Origin: Dimorphilus gyrociliatus
Taxonomy: Eukaryota; Animalia; Annelida
Reading direction: 5' to 3'
DNA length: 64,000 nt
NCBI GenBank assembly: GCA_904063045.1
Contig: CAJFCJ010000014.1
Location: 1,361,643 to 1,425,642 of the forward strand
Positions 35,373 through 48,554 of this stretch are shown in pieces. The notes beneath the pieces were generated by a model, which searched no databases, was not told the DNA's origin, and saw only the letters and a program-made list of their open reading frames with translations. The number at the start of each line of letters is the position of its first letter. The first letter of the stretch is position 1. Position numbers and translations under genes: made by a program.

Positions 35373-36929
35373 TCATGCTGACTCATACTCTTTCTGCCAA
35401 GCTTCATACTTATTTGCTAATTGTCTTGCAGACGGTTTGGTTCTCGATAAAGCCACTTGAACGTCGTTTGTTGTGATGACGTCTAATTTGAAGTGTAATT
35501 CTTGTCCCTCTGAATGTGTTTCCAGAGCATCAAAAATCTTGCGAACAGGTCTCATTGCCGCTTCTTTACATACTAATTGAATATCAGATCCAGAATAGCC
35601 GTCTGTTGCAGATGCCAACTCTGAATAATCCAAGTCTGCTCTCAGAGCTAAGCCATTTGGAGAAGTTGTAACTTGATGAGGAAGATAATGTTCAAACATG
35701 GATTGACGAGCTGCTAAAGTTGGTAAGCCGACAAGAATTCTCTTCTCTAATCTTCGCAGCATGGCATGATCCAGCTCCCAGGGCAGATTAGAAGCAGCTA
35801 ATAAAAATACTAAGTCATCGCTCTTCGATAAACCATCCATTTGTACAAGAAGCTCAGTCTTCATTCTTCTAGATCCTTCATGCTCGCTTCCCCCTCCTCG
35901 CTGACCCATAAGAGCTTCAAGTTCATCAAGGAATATTGTTGAAGGAGCATGATATCTTGCCATTTCAAAGAGAACTCGAACTAATTTCTCAGAGTCTCCT
36001 CTCCACTTAGAAACAATTGTAGATGCACTGATATTGAAAAATGTCGTTTTACATTCAGTTGCTACAGCTTTAGCTAGTAAAGTTTTTCCTGTTCCCGGAG
36101 GACCGTATAATAGTAACCCTTTCCAAGGGCTTAAAATTCCCGTAAATAATTGAGGATATCTTATTGGGTAAACTACAGCTTCTTTTACAAGACTTTTAGC
36201 TGAGTCAAGGCCTATAATATCATTCCATCTTACGTTAGGACATTGTAAATATATATCTCTAGATATTACTTGGGCTAAGTCACGCCATTCAGTAGAATAA
36301 CCTGTATAACCTCCAAGGGGTTTAAGTAGCTTATCACTCGAACCTTCTTCAACATTTAACCTTGTAGCTTCATTTAGCATAGCCCTCATATCAATTATTT
36401 GCCCCACCCTCTTTTGCTGAGTTTCAGAGTTGGTATGAACTGCTTGACCGGTGGCCTGAACAACAAGACCGTTTCTAATTTCTTCACTATGATTAACCGC
36501 TTTTTGCTTTGAACTTGATCTAGGCCTGTTGACATTGGTTCCAGGAGGAATTTTCGGCAGTTGTGGAGTTGTATTTGCAGTTCGTTTTGCCCTATTACTA
36601 TTATTAGCAATAGTTTTTGATATTCGTTTGGCTAGTTCACCATCAAGCTTTTTGGTAATTTTTGGATACTTTGAGAATTTTATATAATGGAAAGATTCAT
36701 ATTCCATGAGAACCGTTTCCAAGTCAACATTATCACATACTTCAAATTTGTTCATATCCAAATTGGTCTCTTTAGATAAAGAAGTTGCAGCCTCAAGATA
36801 GCCCTCTTCAGACAAATAATGCAGGACTAATATAAGCAAATTACGTTTACGAGTTTCAGTTCTATGCTCATCAGCTTCACGAGCTTGATTTGCACTTCTC
36901 AGAGATTGGTAGCTCAAAGCTTCGGCCAT
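35373..36929 (-). CDS. KATNAL2: Katanin p60 subunit A-like 2 (LisH + AAA ATPase), intronless
   Basis: [27 protein letters not shown] (LisH), [67 protein letters not shown]. Likely start MAEALSY at 36929; the ORF opens at 36938. Confidence 0.93.
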   Translation of the reverse strand: MAEALSYQSLRSANQAREADEHRTETRKRNLLILVLHYLSEEGYLEAATSLSKETNLDMNKFEVCDNVDLETVLMEYESFHYIKFSKYPKITKKLDGELAKRISKTIANNSNRAKRTANTTPQLPKIPPGTNVNRPRSSSKQKAVNHSEEIRNGLVVQATGQAVHTNSETQQKRVGQIIDMRAMLNEATRLNVEEGSSDKLLKPLGGYTGYSTEWRDLAQVISRDIYLQCPNVRWNDIIGLDSAKSLVKEAVVYPIRYPQLFTGILSPWKGLLLYGPPGTGKTLLAKAVATECKTTFFNISASTIVSKWRGDSEKLVRVLFEMARYHAPSTIFLDELEALMGQRGGGSEHEGSRRMKTELLVQMDGLSKSDDLVFLLAASNLPWELDHAMLRRLEKRILVGLPTLAARQSMFEHYLPHQVTTSPNGLALRADLDYSELASATDGYSGSDIQLVCKEAAMRPVRKIFDALETHSEGQELHFKLDVITTNDVQVALSRTKPSARQLANKYEAWQKEYESA

Positions 36930-37307
36930 AATGTTCACAGGCTGTTATGAAATTTAAACAATAGAAGGAATTGGTGAATTCAATCACCGGACCGCCTGAT
37001 TGAGCGATAATATCAGATTGTTTACCGTTGTTGCCAACTGTCTAAGCCGTTGCCGACGAATAATGCGAAAAAAATTTAAACATTAACATTGCATATATTA
37101 ATTAACATACTACATTCTTAGTTCATAAGCTTTATGTAATAAAATTTCTACGAAAATTCACACAACATAATCCATACCTAGGTGGCGTGTGTAATAAATA
37201 AAGAAAAAATCAGAAAGTGATAAATCTCATATATAGTTAATTCCTTTTTGCTAGCGTGTTCATAATACATATTATCGTTCATAGTTTACATAATAAATTT
37301 ATTAACA

Positions 37308-37953
37308 ATGGCATCCAGAGGGGGTCCAAGAGCCGCTGGTACTGATGGTAGTGATTTTTCCTACCGAGAGCGAGTAGCGAGTCATTATGTAGTTAGGTAT
37401 ATAAATTTGTTCTTTTCATTGAATAGATTGTACAATTTTCATAACATTTAAAACAATTTATGTTTTCAGTTCAACAAACAAAGCTCGTCTTAAAATTGTA
37501 ATGATAGCTCATATTTTACTAGGAGTTTTGATGACACTGCGTCAAACAGTTTCCATCTGCGCCGCCATGGGCATCAATCCACCAAAATTTCTTTACCATT
37601 TAAATTTACCGCAAGTTCTTGGGTGGGAAGTTTGTTGGCTCCCTAGTATTGCCACAGTATTGTTTGGCTTTGCTGCACTTCCAAAAAACCAAGTTTTCCT
37701 TATGAAACAATACATTCTTGGAGTTTTCGTTCTGGGAATTCTTCCAGTTTTATTTGGAGTAGGTTCAATTGGTGAAGATATAATCAGCTATGTAAAAAGT
37801 GGACAATCTAGAGTTACGTTTAAAGGATTTCCAATGGAAGTAATATGGGCAATATTTCTCTTTATTGCTGCTCAAGTTCATGTTATGAGTGTAGTATTCG
37901 CTAGGAAATTAGTAAATGCCTGGAATGTCATACCAGGTAAAAAGAATAAATAA
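37308..37953 (+). CDS. JAGN1: Protein jagunal homolog
   Basis: Exon 1 (37308-37396) [27 protein letters not shown] is the jagunal N-terminal signature. Exon 2 encodes four TM segments and a C-terminal KKNK dilysine-type motif. Confidence 0.92.
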
Positions 37954-38379
37954 GACTTGAGATCATATAGAATATAATTTCAGTGATTGTTTTATTTGTT
38001 TATTATGTCATAAGGAATCATATTTATTTGTACTAAATGCAGTATATTGAAAAATAAACTTAAAGTTTAAAATGAAACCTACTGTCTCATACTTCGTTTC
38101 AATATGAAAAAAAGAATATTTAATGAAATCTAACTCTAATTGAATATTCATAAAATCAACCTTATATCTCTATGAATTTAAATCTGCTGTTCAAAACTGA
38201 AAAAGTCTCTTCTAGTGGGAAATTACATACATTAATAAGGTAGTAGATGATTTTCAGCAAATATAAAAACATGAAATTTTTGTAAGTACACATTTAGATG
38301 AAATTCCCCTTGTGATACAAATTAAGCAACTAATATTTATTGTTAAAGTTTAGTAAAAGTTGTGAATAAAATTTATAAG

Positions 38380-38443
38380 ATCCGCCATTACTGCGCATGC
38401 GCAAGATGAACACTATTTAAGTTGTTACCCGCCCTGATCCAAT
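38380..38443. promoter_or_regulatory. Promoter cluster: YY1-like CCGCCAT, NRF1/EWG palindrome TGCGCATGCGCA (38392-38403), GC box, CCAAT
   Basis: These consensus sites sit about 150-200 bp upstream of the ATG at 38586. Confidence 0.5.
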
Positions 38444-38585
38444 TGGCATATTTTTTAAAACAATTTAGTACTGGCGGAGAAAGGAGTAATACATAAATTT
38501 TTAAACTGATTAATTATTAGGGTAAATATCATTTATCATATCATGGTTTCAAATCTATTTCGGTACTGGTTAAAAATGAGAATCA

Positions 38586-39785
38586 ATGAACAATTTCGTG
38601 ACTACTGCGAATGGTAGGTAGTTGATTGGAAAACAGGATGGGATATACAATACACTCCTTTGCATCTAGATATTAGCTTCAAAATTAATTTTCTACTTTT
38701 TAAATTTTAAAATTTCCTTTCTAATTTTTCATTTTATCATCGATTTACTCTCGTTCAGTTCCCGAACTCCATCCGAGCGATAATATGGACAACAATGAGT
38801 TGAGACTTGATGAATTGAACATTCCAGAAGACCTAAAATGTCAATTACAAGAGTTGCGTGATGAAGATCATGATAAATTTAAGAAGGTTAAAAATCATAT
38901 AACAATCTTCTTAAAAACTGTATCGAAATGGAATAGGAGTAAAGTTCAATCAGAACTAGACAACATCCGAGAAGACGATTTAGTCAGAAAAGATGTATTT
39001 AAAAGAGTGAAACGAGCAATTTTGCAACAAAATTTGGAAGCCAATTTTAAAGAACCCGCTCCTCATATTGATTCCCCGCCTAAAAAGAAGGTAAATATAA
39101 TTAATTTTATGCCTCAATCATTAATATTGCATCTTGTTAGAGTCGAAAATCGACAGTCGTTCGAGAACCAAAAGCTAATCGAAGAAAATCGGTAATCCCG
39201 CAAAATGTAAATAAACGAAAGAGGTCGCCAACACCCCCTCCAGAACCGTTTGTACCCCCTCAAGAGCCTTTGACTCCTAAGACTACTCGTTCATCTAATG
39301 AGTCGAATACACTGAAAAGAGTGGTTTTAGGGAAAGGAAAAAAGGGTGAAATTTCTCAGTATGTTATCTACGCTCAAGAATTTCTGGATTCATCATCTGC
39401 GGAAGATATTATACATTGTTCATCGAACGCTTCAATTTTAGCTGTAACCCGATTCCATAAGTTAGAAGCAGCACAACAATATGTTGCTACATCAATGTTG
39501 AGATCAAGCTATGCTGTAAGCTTTTATCAATATAATTTAAAATTCACAGGAAAATTTATGTTATTCTATTTTGCGAACTTTGCTCGATTTCAGGTTCCTA
39601 CTAAGGAATCGTTAATGGCTCTACGCAATTTGCTATACAGAAGAGACGTTCCACATATAACTTTTGAAAATTCTGGAGATAATTCAAAAATTGATATTAT
39701 CATAACGGCTCCCGCAAGTACTGACTACTTGAACAGTAACCTTCAAGATTCATTTTTATATAAACCAAAATTTACAACTAATTAA
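38586..39785 (+). CDS. Uncharacterised, probably nuclear protein (4 exons)
   Basis: MNNFVTTAN|VPELHPSDNMDN... (phase 1 matches) | SRKSTVVREPK... (phase 0) | VPTKESL... The joins merge ORFs 38785 and 39270. Basic NLS-like PPKKK and NKRKRSP are present. Confidence 0.6.
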
Positions 39786-40016
39786 AAATAAAGTTACTCG
39801 GAACAACTGATCCTTTAAAGTTAAAGAAAACAGCTTTACTTTCGCATTATTTTTTATCCTATTTATTCGAAATTTGCTTTGTTCACCGTTGATTAAATTA
39901 TTTACGTATATAAAGGTTTAAAAATTATTGTACTCTATATTATCTGGAAATGTTTCAAAGAAACCGATCGCATAATGTATAGAAAGTCTGTTTCAGTTCG
40001 ATTTTTTATCGATATA

Positions 40017-40027
40017 GCGCATGCGCA
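40017..40027. promoter_or_regulatory. NRF1/EWG-type site GCGCATGCGCA
   Basis: Consensus match about 370 bp upstream of the SLC35A ATG, directly next to a TATCGATA at 40007-40014. Confidence 0.45.
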
Positions 40028-40398
40028 CTATATAATTCGTATGAACTGCCCACGAAGTAAGTCTCCATATTAACTTAATATCGCTCTCGGTTTAGACAAT
40101 AAGAAAAAGAATAATGCATAGAGGTAAGTCGCCAACAGCTGATATTCTTACAATATACAGATAAAGAACGATAGGTGTTGTTTTGGTGAAAATTATTATT
40201 GCTTTTAGTTTTCTTCCAACTAAAAACAATTATTGAATTGACTCCTCACAGAATTGTATTTTATTTTAGAAAAGATCTTCTCGTTACTTTAGCGCATAAC
40301 TAATAATATTTAATTCACAGCGAAAAGTAGTATGTGCTTCTAAGGCCGAATAGTTTATAAACATTCAAAAACTATATTTATGTTAAGAAAAAAGCAGA

Positions 40399-41878
40399 AT
40401 GGCTGCTGAAGAACAATCAAAAAAAGACATTCCATCTCCTCATTTAAACGACGGAAATAATCTCGAGAGTAGTAAGTCCTTGAAAATCAGTCTTTTTTAA
40501 AAACAAAATATGATAGATTTATTTTGTTGTTCATTACAAGTCAATGGATAAAGAGACTTGAATAGCACTAGATAAAAACTACATCAATTAAAATATATAT
40601 ATATATACTGTATACAGTATATAAGAGAGTGAAATTCGTCTCTGTTTATAATGAATACGAAAAAAATAAAATAACAATGCTTCGTAAACTGCTTTTGCAA
40701 ACCTTTTTACCCATGCCTATTCGATTATTATTGAATAAAGATGTCCAATGTTTACAATGTTTAGAGTATGTTTAACACTTTACATAAAACATATTCAAGT
40801 TTATCAATCAATAAACTAAACATTTGTACATAAATTTTTTTCAGATATAATTCAAAAGAATCTCAAATACATCTCGTTAGTTCTTCTAACATTTCAAAAT
40901 ACTATTTTGATCCTGTTGATGAGATATGTTAGGACAAGACCGGGGGATCTATTTATTTCATCAACTGCTGTTGTTATGCAAGAACTAACAAAAGTCCTTA
41001 CATGCGTTATAGTAATGTATTTTCAAGAAGCGAAGAGTATCTCTCATCTATTAAAAATTTTGCATGAGTCAATTATACTACAGCCAATTGATACTTTGAA
41101 AGTCTGCGTTCCAGGAATAATATATACTATTCAAAATAACTTGTTATACGTTGCTGTTTCGAATTTAGAAGCTGCTACCTATCAAGTATAAATTTTAATT
41201 TAGATATTCAATACTGATACTTAATAGACTATTTTTTTACAGGTGTCATATCAATTAAAAATCTTGACGACAGCTCTCTTTAGTGTTTTTATGCTCCAGA
41301 AAAAATTATCCCGTATGCAATGGGTTTCTTTAGTAATATTATTTGTAGGTGTTTCTGCCGTTCAACTCCAACCTGATTCTAAAAAAGGAAGCTCTACTCA
41401 CGAGCAAAATGCCATAATTGGCTTGTCAGCTGTATTGATTTCTTGTATTTTATCAGGATTCGCTGGTGTTTATTTCGAAAAGATTTTGAAAGGTTCTAAG
41501 GGAACAATTTGGTTGAGAAATGTTCAGTTAGGCGGGTTTGGAATTTTGGCCGGGTTAGCTACTGTTTATACTAAGGATTGTTCAACAGCTTGGACAAATG
41601 GCTTCTTCTTTGGGTATGACTATTTAGTTTGGATAGTAATAGCTATTCAGGCAATGGGTGGTCTAATGGTAGCAGTTGTCGTTAAATATGCAGATAATAT
41701 CTTGAAAGGTTTTGCTACATCAGCGTCTATCATAATAAGCTCCATCGCAGCAATATTTTTGTTTAACTTTCAACTGAGTGTACAATTTATTTTTGGAGCA
41801 GGTTTGGTGATATCAAGTGTATATATGTATTCTGTGTTTGTTTATAAAGTTACTCCTGTAGCTTCATCTAAAGTTTAA
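40399..41878 (+). CDS. SLC35A2: Golgi nucleotide-sugar (UDP-Gal/UDP-GlcNAc) transporter, SLC35A2/A3 family
   Basis: [80 protein letters not shown] and [15 protein letters not shown]. Three exons; ATG at 40399. Confidence 0.9.
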
Positions 41879-42310
41879 ATCTTTCTAATCTGCGTATGGT
41901 ATTTTCTCTAAGAGAGAATAACCGGTTTATTATTAAACTTGTATCTGGTCCTGTAACAACTTGTGATACATATATATATATATATATAGACTACAATTTT
42001 CTTTATATGAATTTACATTATATTAAATCTAAATGAGAGATAGGGAATAGCAATTAAAAAATTTAATGTATATGGAGTTCTTTTCTAAACTTGAGAATAC
42101 AAAGTTATTAAAATATTAAGAGATGAGTTAAATTGAATTATCCTACGAAAAATATTTCGTTGATATCTAAATAAGTTTTGAAAATTCCCGCATTTTATTT
42201 GAAAAAAATAAACCGGTATATTGGGAAATAGTAAAACATACACTCTGCACGTTGTTTCAGCTGAACCGGCTATTCTTCAAAAAACCTGAAATTTAATTAA
42301 ATCTCTCAGA

Positions 42311-44435
42311 ATGTCGTGGCTTTTTGGAATGGGAAAGAGTGAGCCTCCACCTAATTTTGCTAATCTTGGACTTCCTCCTCCTCCTTCTGGTGGAGGTGAT
42401 GGTAATGACGGTAAAACTTCCCAAGGTCAGTCGAAGATGGAAGCTTATCGTTTTGATTCTGGAGCTTTGGAAAGAGCTGCAAAAGCGGCAAAGGAATTAG
42501 AGAAATCGAGTATGTATAAGATTTTAAAAATTTGTAATTAATTGTAAAAATTAGGAATGTTTCAAATTGATGCTTCAACGCCTTTGCGTGTTTCTGAAAC
42601 TTCGTTTTCCAGCTGACTGTTGAAATTAAAACAATTAAAATTTCTATATTTTTTGTAAATCTTTTCTGAAACATAATATATCTGTTAGCATATTTGTTTC
42701 AAAATGGAATAATTTGAATGATGAAATTATTATGCAAGTTTTGTCCTCTAAACTGAACTTTACTTCATAATTTAGGTCATGCTACAAAGGCATTCGAAAT
42801 AGTTAAAGAACAAGAGAAGTCAACTCAAATGAAAGCGCAAACCCAATATAAAGAATATGAAGTTCAAGTAGAGCAGATGAAAATTGAACAAATAAAGGTT
42901 CAACAGGAAGAAAGACGGAAGACTATGGGAGAAGAAACTAGACAACAAAAGGCTAAAGCTGATTATCAAGATCAGCTAGCCAGAAGAAGATATGAGGACC
43001 AGTTGGCACAACAGGCCAGAATCAATGAAGAGAATTTAAGAAAGCAGGAAGAGTCTGTTGCTAAACAAGAAGCCATGAGGAAGAAAACTTTGCAACAAGA
43101 AATGGAAATGAGACAGAAAAATGACTTACTTCGAGTGGAAGCTGAAGCCAAAGCCAGAGCGAAAATGGAAAGAGAGAATAGAGATATTATATTGGAGCAG
43201 ATCAAATTAAAGGCTGAAGAAAGACGTAAAACTATTTTAGATTCTATCACGTAAGTTTATTAATATTGCTGTTACTTGAGAAATTTTATTTACGCTTAAA
43301 ATTTTTCAGGACTGCGGGATCTGTTCTTGGCTCTGGATTTCAGGTATTTATTAAAGACTGGGATAAAGTTACTGCAACAGCCCTTGGTATAACCCTTTTC
43401 GCTGGAGGCATTTATGGTGCCAAGTTCGGAACAGGAGTCATTGCCCGTTATATTGAGTCCCGTTTAGGAAAGCCATCACTAATTCGTGAAACATCGAGAT
43501 TCACTCTAGCTCAGGCCTTAAAACATCCCATCTCCACCGGAAAAAAAATATTAAATAAATCACAAGATGCTCTTAAAGGAATAGTTCTGCAACCTCAAGT
43601 TGAAGAAAGACTTCGAGATGTAGCAATTGCTACTAGGCACACAAAGGCCAATAAAGGCTACTATAGGAATATTTTGTTTTATGGACCTCCAGGTACAGGA
43701 AAGACGATGTTTGCTAAATCCTTGGCCCATAATTCGTCAATGGACTATGCCATTTTGACTGGAGGAGACATAGCTCCCATGGGTAGAGAGGGTGTTACAG
43801 CTATGCACAAAGTATTTGACTGGGCAAACACTTCGAGGCGAGGTTTGTTATTATTTGTTGATGAAGCTGACGCATTTCTTCGTAAGCGTTCCACTGAACA
43901 AATATCAGAGGATATGAGAGCGACCTTAAATGCTTTCTTATATAGAACTGGTGAGCAAAGCAAGAAATTTATGCTTGTTTTGGCTTCTAACCAACCGGAA
44001 CAATTTGATTGGGCCATAAATGACCGTTTGGATGAAATGGTTGAATTCCAACTGCCAACTCTACAAGAAAGAGAGCGACTAGTCTACCTCTATTTCGAAA
44101 AATTTGTTCTTCAACCTATCGCTGAAGGAAAGAAGAGACTAAAACTTGATCAATTCGATTATTCAGCCAAGTGCTCAGATATTGCACATAAGACAGAGGG
44201 ATTATCAGGGAGAGAAATAGCTAAAATGGGTGTTGCTTGGCAAGCTGCTGCATATGCTTCCGAAGATGGTGTTCTCACAGAAAAAATGATTGACGCTAGA
44301 GTCGATGACGCACTCCAAGGTCATACTAAAAAGGTTGCATGGCAAAAAGACCAAGAACTAAGTTCTCCAGCTAGTTTATTGTATACCTCCCAAAAAGCAA
44401 GGGAATCGTTGCATACAAAGTTAAGTTCGGAGTAG
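42311..44435 (+). CDS. ATAD3: ATPase family AAA domain-containing protein 3 (mitochondrial)
   Basis: [23 protein letters not shown], a coiled coil, [50 protein letters not shown] and [13 protein letters not shown]. Confidence 0.95.
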
Positions 44436-44747
44436 AACTAATTTATACATATATACATAAGTATATATATGTGTGTCTAATCAATTTTTTTTTCAGAATA
44501 AATCAGCATTAGATATAATATAGAAAAAAAAATTATAATAAAAATTATCAGTATAAAAATGTTCTCCAAAACCAAATATGTTACATTCATATAGCAGATT
44601 ACAAGAGTTAATTAAAAGTCGTGAAGTATATGTTTCTCTGAAGGATTACGCTTTTAGTAGAGATGGTTCATGCTTTTTTTGAGAATCAATAGATTTTCAG
44701 ACTTTTTAACAGTAAATATGATTTTCAGTTTGTATAGTATATACTGT

Positions 44748-45045
44748 TTAGATCACCATAACTCTTTTAATATGCTTTCGACATAGCGGACATTCGGAAC
44801 TTCTTAACTGTTTAATACAATCTGAGCAACAGAGATCATGACCACAAGGTTCTAAGACAGTGTTGGGCTCTTTTTCATAACAAATGACGCAGTAATCTGT
44901 ATCCTTTGATCTTCTTTTCTTTCTGTATCCGTATGGCCTGTGATATAGATTTGACTCTTTCACGCTGTAATATATAAATAGGGCTGTAGCAATTCCTATT
45001 GCAGCACCAACTACCACTTGAATAAAATTCATAGGAATGGGCATC
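44748..45045 (-). CDS. Small (~98 aa) TM + C3HC4 RING putative E3 ligase
   Basis: TM FIQVVVGAAIGIATALFIYY and RING CVICYEKEPNTVLEPCGHDLCCSDC...CPLCR. The ATG directly follows an acceptor (cgacag|ATG). Confidence 0.75.
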
Positions 45046-46019
45046 TGTCGAAAATAAAGAATCAATTAATAAATCTTGCTTGTAGTAAATAGACATTAAT
45101 CATTGTAACCTTGTACAAATATTTAAAGACAGACGAAACCTATAAGATGTAAAGACAGTGATCCTTGAAATCTCAAAACATAAGTTTCATTTGAATGCTT
45201 GTTTTTTTGTATTCTGTATATAAAGACAATTCCTTATTGCGAAAAGAACGAATTCAAATCGACTAATATACGGTGTCCATAACTGATATCCTATCGTTTA
45301 CGTGCAACTGTTTCACTTGTTAATAGTTGATTTAAATATGATCATAAGAAAGTTAAGAAATTTAACTGTGAAAAAAAATTCCCAGCTGTTTATAATACGT
45401 CAGAGTAGTGAGTCAATTCAAACGAAGATAACAAAGGGCACTTTCATTACTAAAAATTGAATTCTTTTGTACAAAATCCCTTGAATAGACAGATATTTTA
45501 ATAGTTTTCAGTTAGATTAGAAATACATGTCAAGGACGTGTTAACATATAGGGTAAGAAAGTAGCTAACTATTGAAAAAAATACAAAATATATAAATTTT
45601 AGTATAAAATAGATTTTAAAGATGATGAATGAAAAATCGATGAAAAAGATGATATTAAAGTGAATAACATACCCAAATTTTGACAAAATAACGTAAGATA
45701 ATTCTCAAATTTTATACATTAAAAATATTTTCATCTCCACATCGTTGAAAATCGGATACAAAGTATAAAATAAATTTCATTATTTAAGATTCAATACTTA
45801 TTTAACAAGTGCTAGATTTTGAATAGCGTCGTCCTCTTTTAATACAGTGCAAGGTTACATGTCGGTGTAGTAAATATGATTGAAGAAAAAAGTTTTGTGT
45901 GATAACTAGAAGTTTTGTTATATTCTATTTAATGTCATCAATAATGCAATCAAAGAATATTTTTTTTACTTTTTGATTATTTATGTTCGATGAATGAATG
46001 AAATTTAGGCTTATATTTT

Positions 46020-46832
46020 CTATTTTGTAGCTGTTCCAGCTATTGCAGGCTTTAAGAAGAACATATAATTAAAAACTGGTAATTGACAGTCTATTATGCT
46101 TGTCTTTGAAAATCCCGCATTGTTGATAATCTTTTTTGTATTTGATCTTGTTCTACATTCGGATAAAAACCACCAAACTGGTTCAAGTATTATTTGAAAT
46201 AGACTGGTAACTCCTCCAGAAGCTTTAACGTGTTCGTAGAAGTAGAACGAACCTCCCTATTGATATCATGAAAAACCATAATTGAAGGCGTATTTAAAAC
46301 TTTGATAATGTCAACTTACCGGTTTTAGAATTCTTTTCACTTCATTGACTGCCTTTTCTTGATTCCCAACTGAGCAAAGAACTAACGTGCTTACAACAGC
46401 GTCCATTGAATTGCTCTCTACTGACTCTATATTTTCTGCTTTTGCAATCACAAACTGGATGCTATCTTTAAACTTTTGGGGACAATTTGACAATAAATAA
46501 GTATTAAATTGGTCATTAGGTTCTAGGCAAGTAATTTCTGAATTATCTGGATAGAATTTAAAATTTGCTCCAGAGCCCGCACCAATTTCAACTATTTTCA
46601 CTTTCGACGTCTCTTTTTCTGGTAGTTTTATCAAAGGCGAAAAAATTTCTCCTTTTATTTTATTATAGTATTTTGATTTATCTAATGACTTTGCTAGTCG
46701 ATTCAATATCATAGCATAAACTACATCTTTCACTTTAGAGCTGAATAATATCTTAAGACATAATACTCCGGATGAAAATATTATAATATATTTTAAATTC
46801 AAATACTGCTGTATGTCTCTTAAAAGTATCAT
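46020..46832 (-). CDS. METTL7: METTL7/TMT1-like SAM-dependent methyltransferase
   Basis: N-terminal hydrophobic anchor, VEIGAGSGANFKFYP, DAVVSTLVLCSV and EVKRILKP|GGSFYFYEHV. The second exon ends AIAGTATK* at 46020. Confidence 0.88.
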
Positions 46833-47042
46833 TTTGAGATACGAATTACAAAGAGCAAAGTTGAGGATATATAGGTCGCCGAAACTGATTAGACGTTGTT
46901 AGTATTTAACTAATATCTAAAAGTAGCTCAGTCTAGCACATGATTTACACCTTTTACTGATAATGGCCAGATGTCGCCAGTGTATAAAACGGAACCGGAA
47001 GTCATTCAAAACTCCCGGGTTTATTATTGAAACAAGGCAGCT

Positions 47043-48132
47043 ATGATAAGCATTTTAAGGCGATCTCTAGGGAAAATTCCAAGCAATGTCCTACATGATG
47101 AATTACGAGAATGGAATGCTCTACCAGATGATTTTATCGTTAATTTAGCAAAATCCAGTAAAAGTTATGCGATAGACGAAATCGTTCGAGAAGCACAGGT
47201 TTATATATGTCGTGTGTTGTGGAGTAACGGCTTAATATTTGTCTTATATTTATTTCAGAGTCGTTCTTCAATAACAGAGTATGACATCTTAAGGCTGGAT
47301 CTTCAAACTCTTATAAAATTTTCCAGAGGTGTCATGTGGAATACTTTTCTATTAGATAATTCCAATATTGAAAATCAACAAGTGGATAAACTTCAACGTA
47401 GTATAGAATCAGTTGATGAACTACGAAAAAAGGCGATATCTTACGTGATGGAGTCGAAAGATAAACTTCTTTGGATATCTTTACTATTTCGACGAGAAAA
47501 GAAGCTTTTCTATGCCGTGTGCCATCGGAAATGTGATGCTATTCTAGTTCATGGAGGAAAGGAGTCTCTTCTATCTCAAATGTTGAAGGTAAAATTGGAT
47601 TATCACGAGTCTATTAAACAAATTACTGATAAATTTTCTAAATAGGGACTCCGAATCATATTTCGATCTACAACTATTAAGAAAATTGCCTTATCTGGAA
47701 AATGCCCTCGCTCCCTTCTCCAGATTAGACTGAATAAACTGGTAGGAGATAAATATTGTTTTTATTTTTAACTATTCATATATTAATTTATTCTTTTAGA
47801 ATACTTCACTTAACATCCTACCAGAGAGGAGCAACCAAGCTCCACCCGAAGAAGAACAAGATGAAAGTTTCATTTACGATCAAAATCCAAAGAAAGAAAA
47901 GCTATTTACAAAGGAGAATGAAAATGTTATTCTAAACGAAGTTACTTATGAGATATCTCAACCGAAAACGGAGACGAATGACGAAATGTTTTGTAAAATT
48001 TCTTTTAAAGGAAATAATGTTTTGGCCGGATTAAGAGAGCTTCAAGAACAAGGAATTTTAACTGAACCTATACCCGAACCTATAGATCGCTTGCCACAAC
48101 TCGGAAGGAATACTATAAAATTACGATTTTAG
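47043..48132 (+). CDS. CENPN: Centromere protein N (CENP-N/Chl4)-like
   Basis: The N-terminus ILRRSLGKIPSNVLHDELREW resembles CENP-N IKRTILKIPMNELTTILKAW. The C-terminus CKISFKGNNVLAGLRELQEQGI..P..LPQLGRNTIKLR matches the CENP-N tail pattern. Four exons. Confidence 0.7.
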
Positions 48133-48554
48133 ACTGAAGTGATATTATTTGTTATATATTTGTATAGCTTATCGTCGGTTTTCGTATTTATACATGACTT
48201 AGTAGCCTCTGGAAAAATGTTTTTTTTCTTTTCTTTTTGTTCAATAACTAATCTAACTTGTAGCTTTTATTCACGAATGATATAACCTACAACGTTGGAA
48301 AGTTCAAACAAAGTAATATATAATATAAATGCATAACAAGCCAGACTCTAAATGGACGAAAAGTGTACAGTCTGATACATAAGATTTTCTAAAAAAAAGA
48401 AAGCAATTATAGAAAAGTCCTCCAATCATAATTTAAAACGTATTTTTGAAGAAGAATATTAAAAGGGTTTTTTGTAAAGTATTGCGTATTTATAAATATA
48501 AATACAATATTTATATAAAATATTTCTCTATATTATTTGAATTTGTGATCTATT

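Noticed and set aside
16097-40014. Canonical DRE palindromes TATCGATA (16097, 40007)
   Set aside because: About 2-3 copies are expected by chance at this base composition, so they are not enriched on their own.
46923-46990. GTAGCTCAGTCTAG resembling a tRNA A-box/D-arm
   Set aside because: There is no matching T-loop (GTTCRA) at the right distance and no acceptor stem; it lies in the METTL7/CENPN promoter.
7379-47258. Several stop-free 3n introns read through by the ORF track (POLE3 intron 1, BOP1, POLE2 last intron, 39516-39593, CENP-N intron 1)
   Set aside because: With 54-90 nt introns, a rough estimate gives a ~5% chance per intron, so about four are expected among ~90 introns. There is no sign of enrichment or regulated retention.
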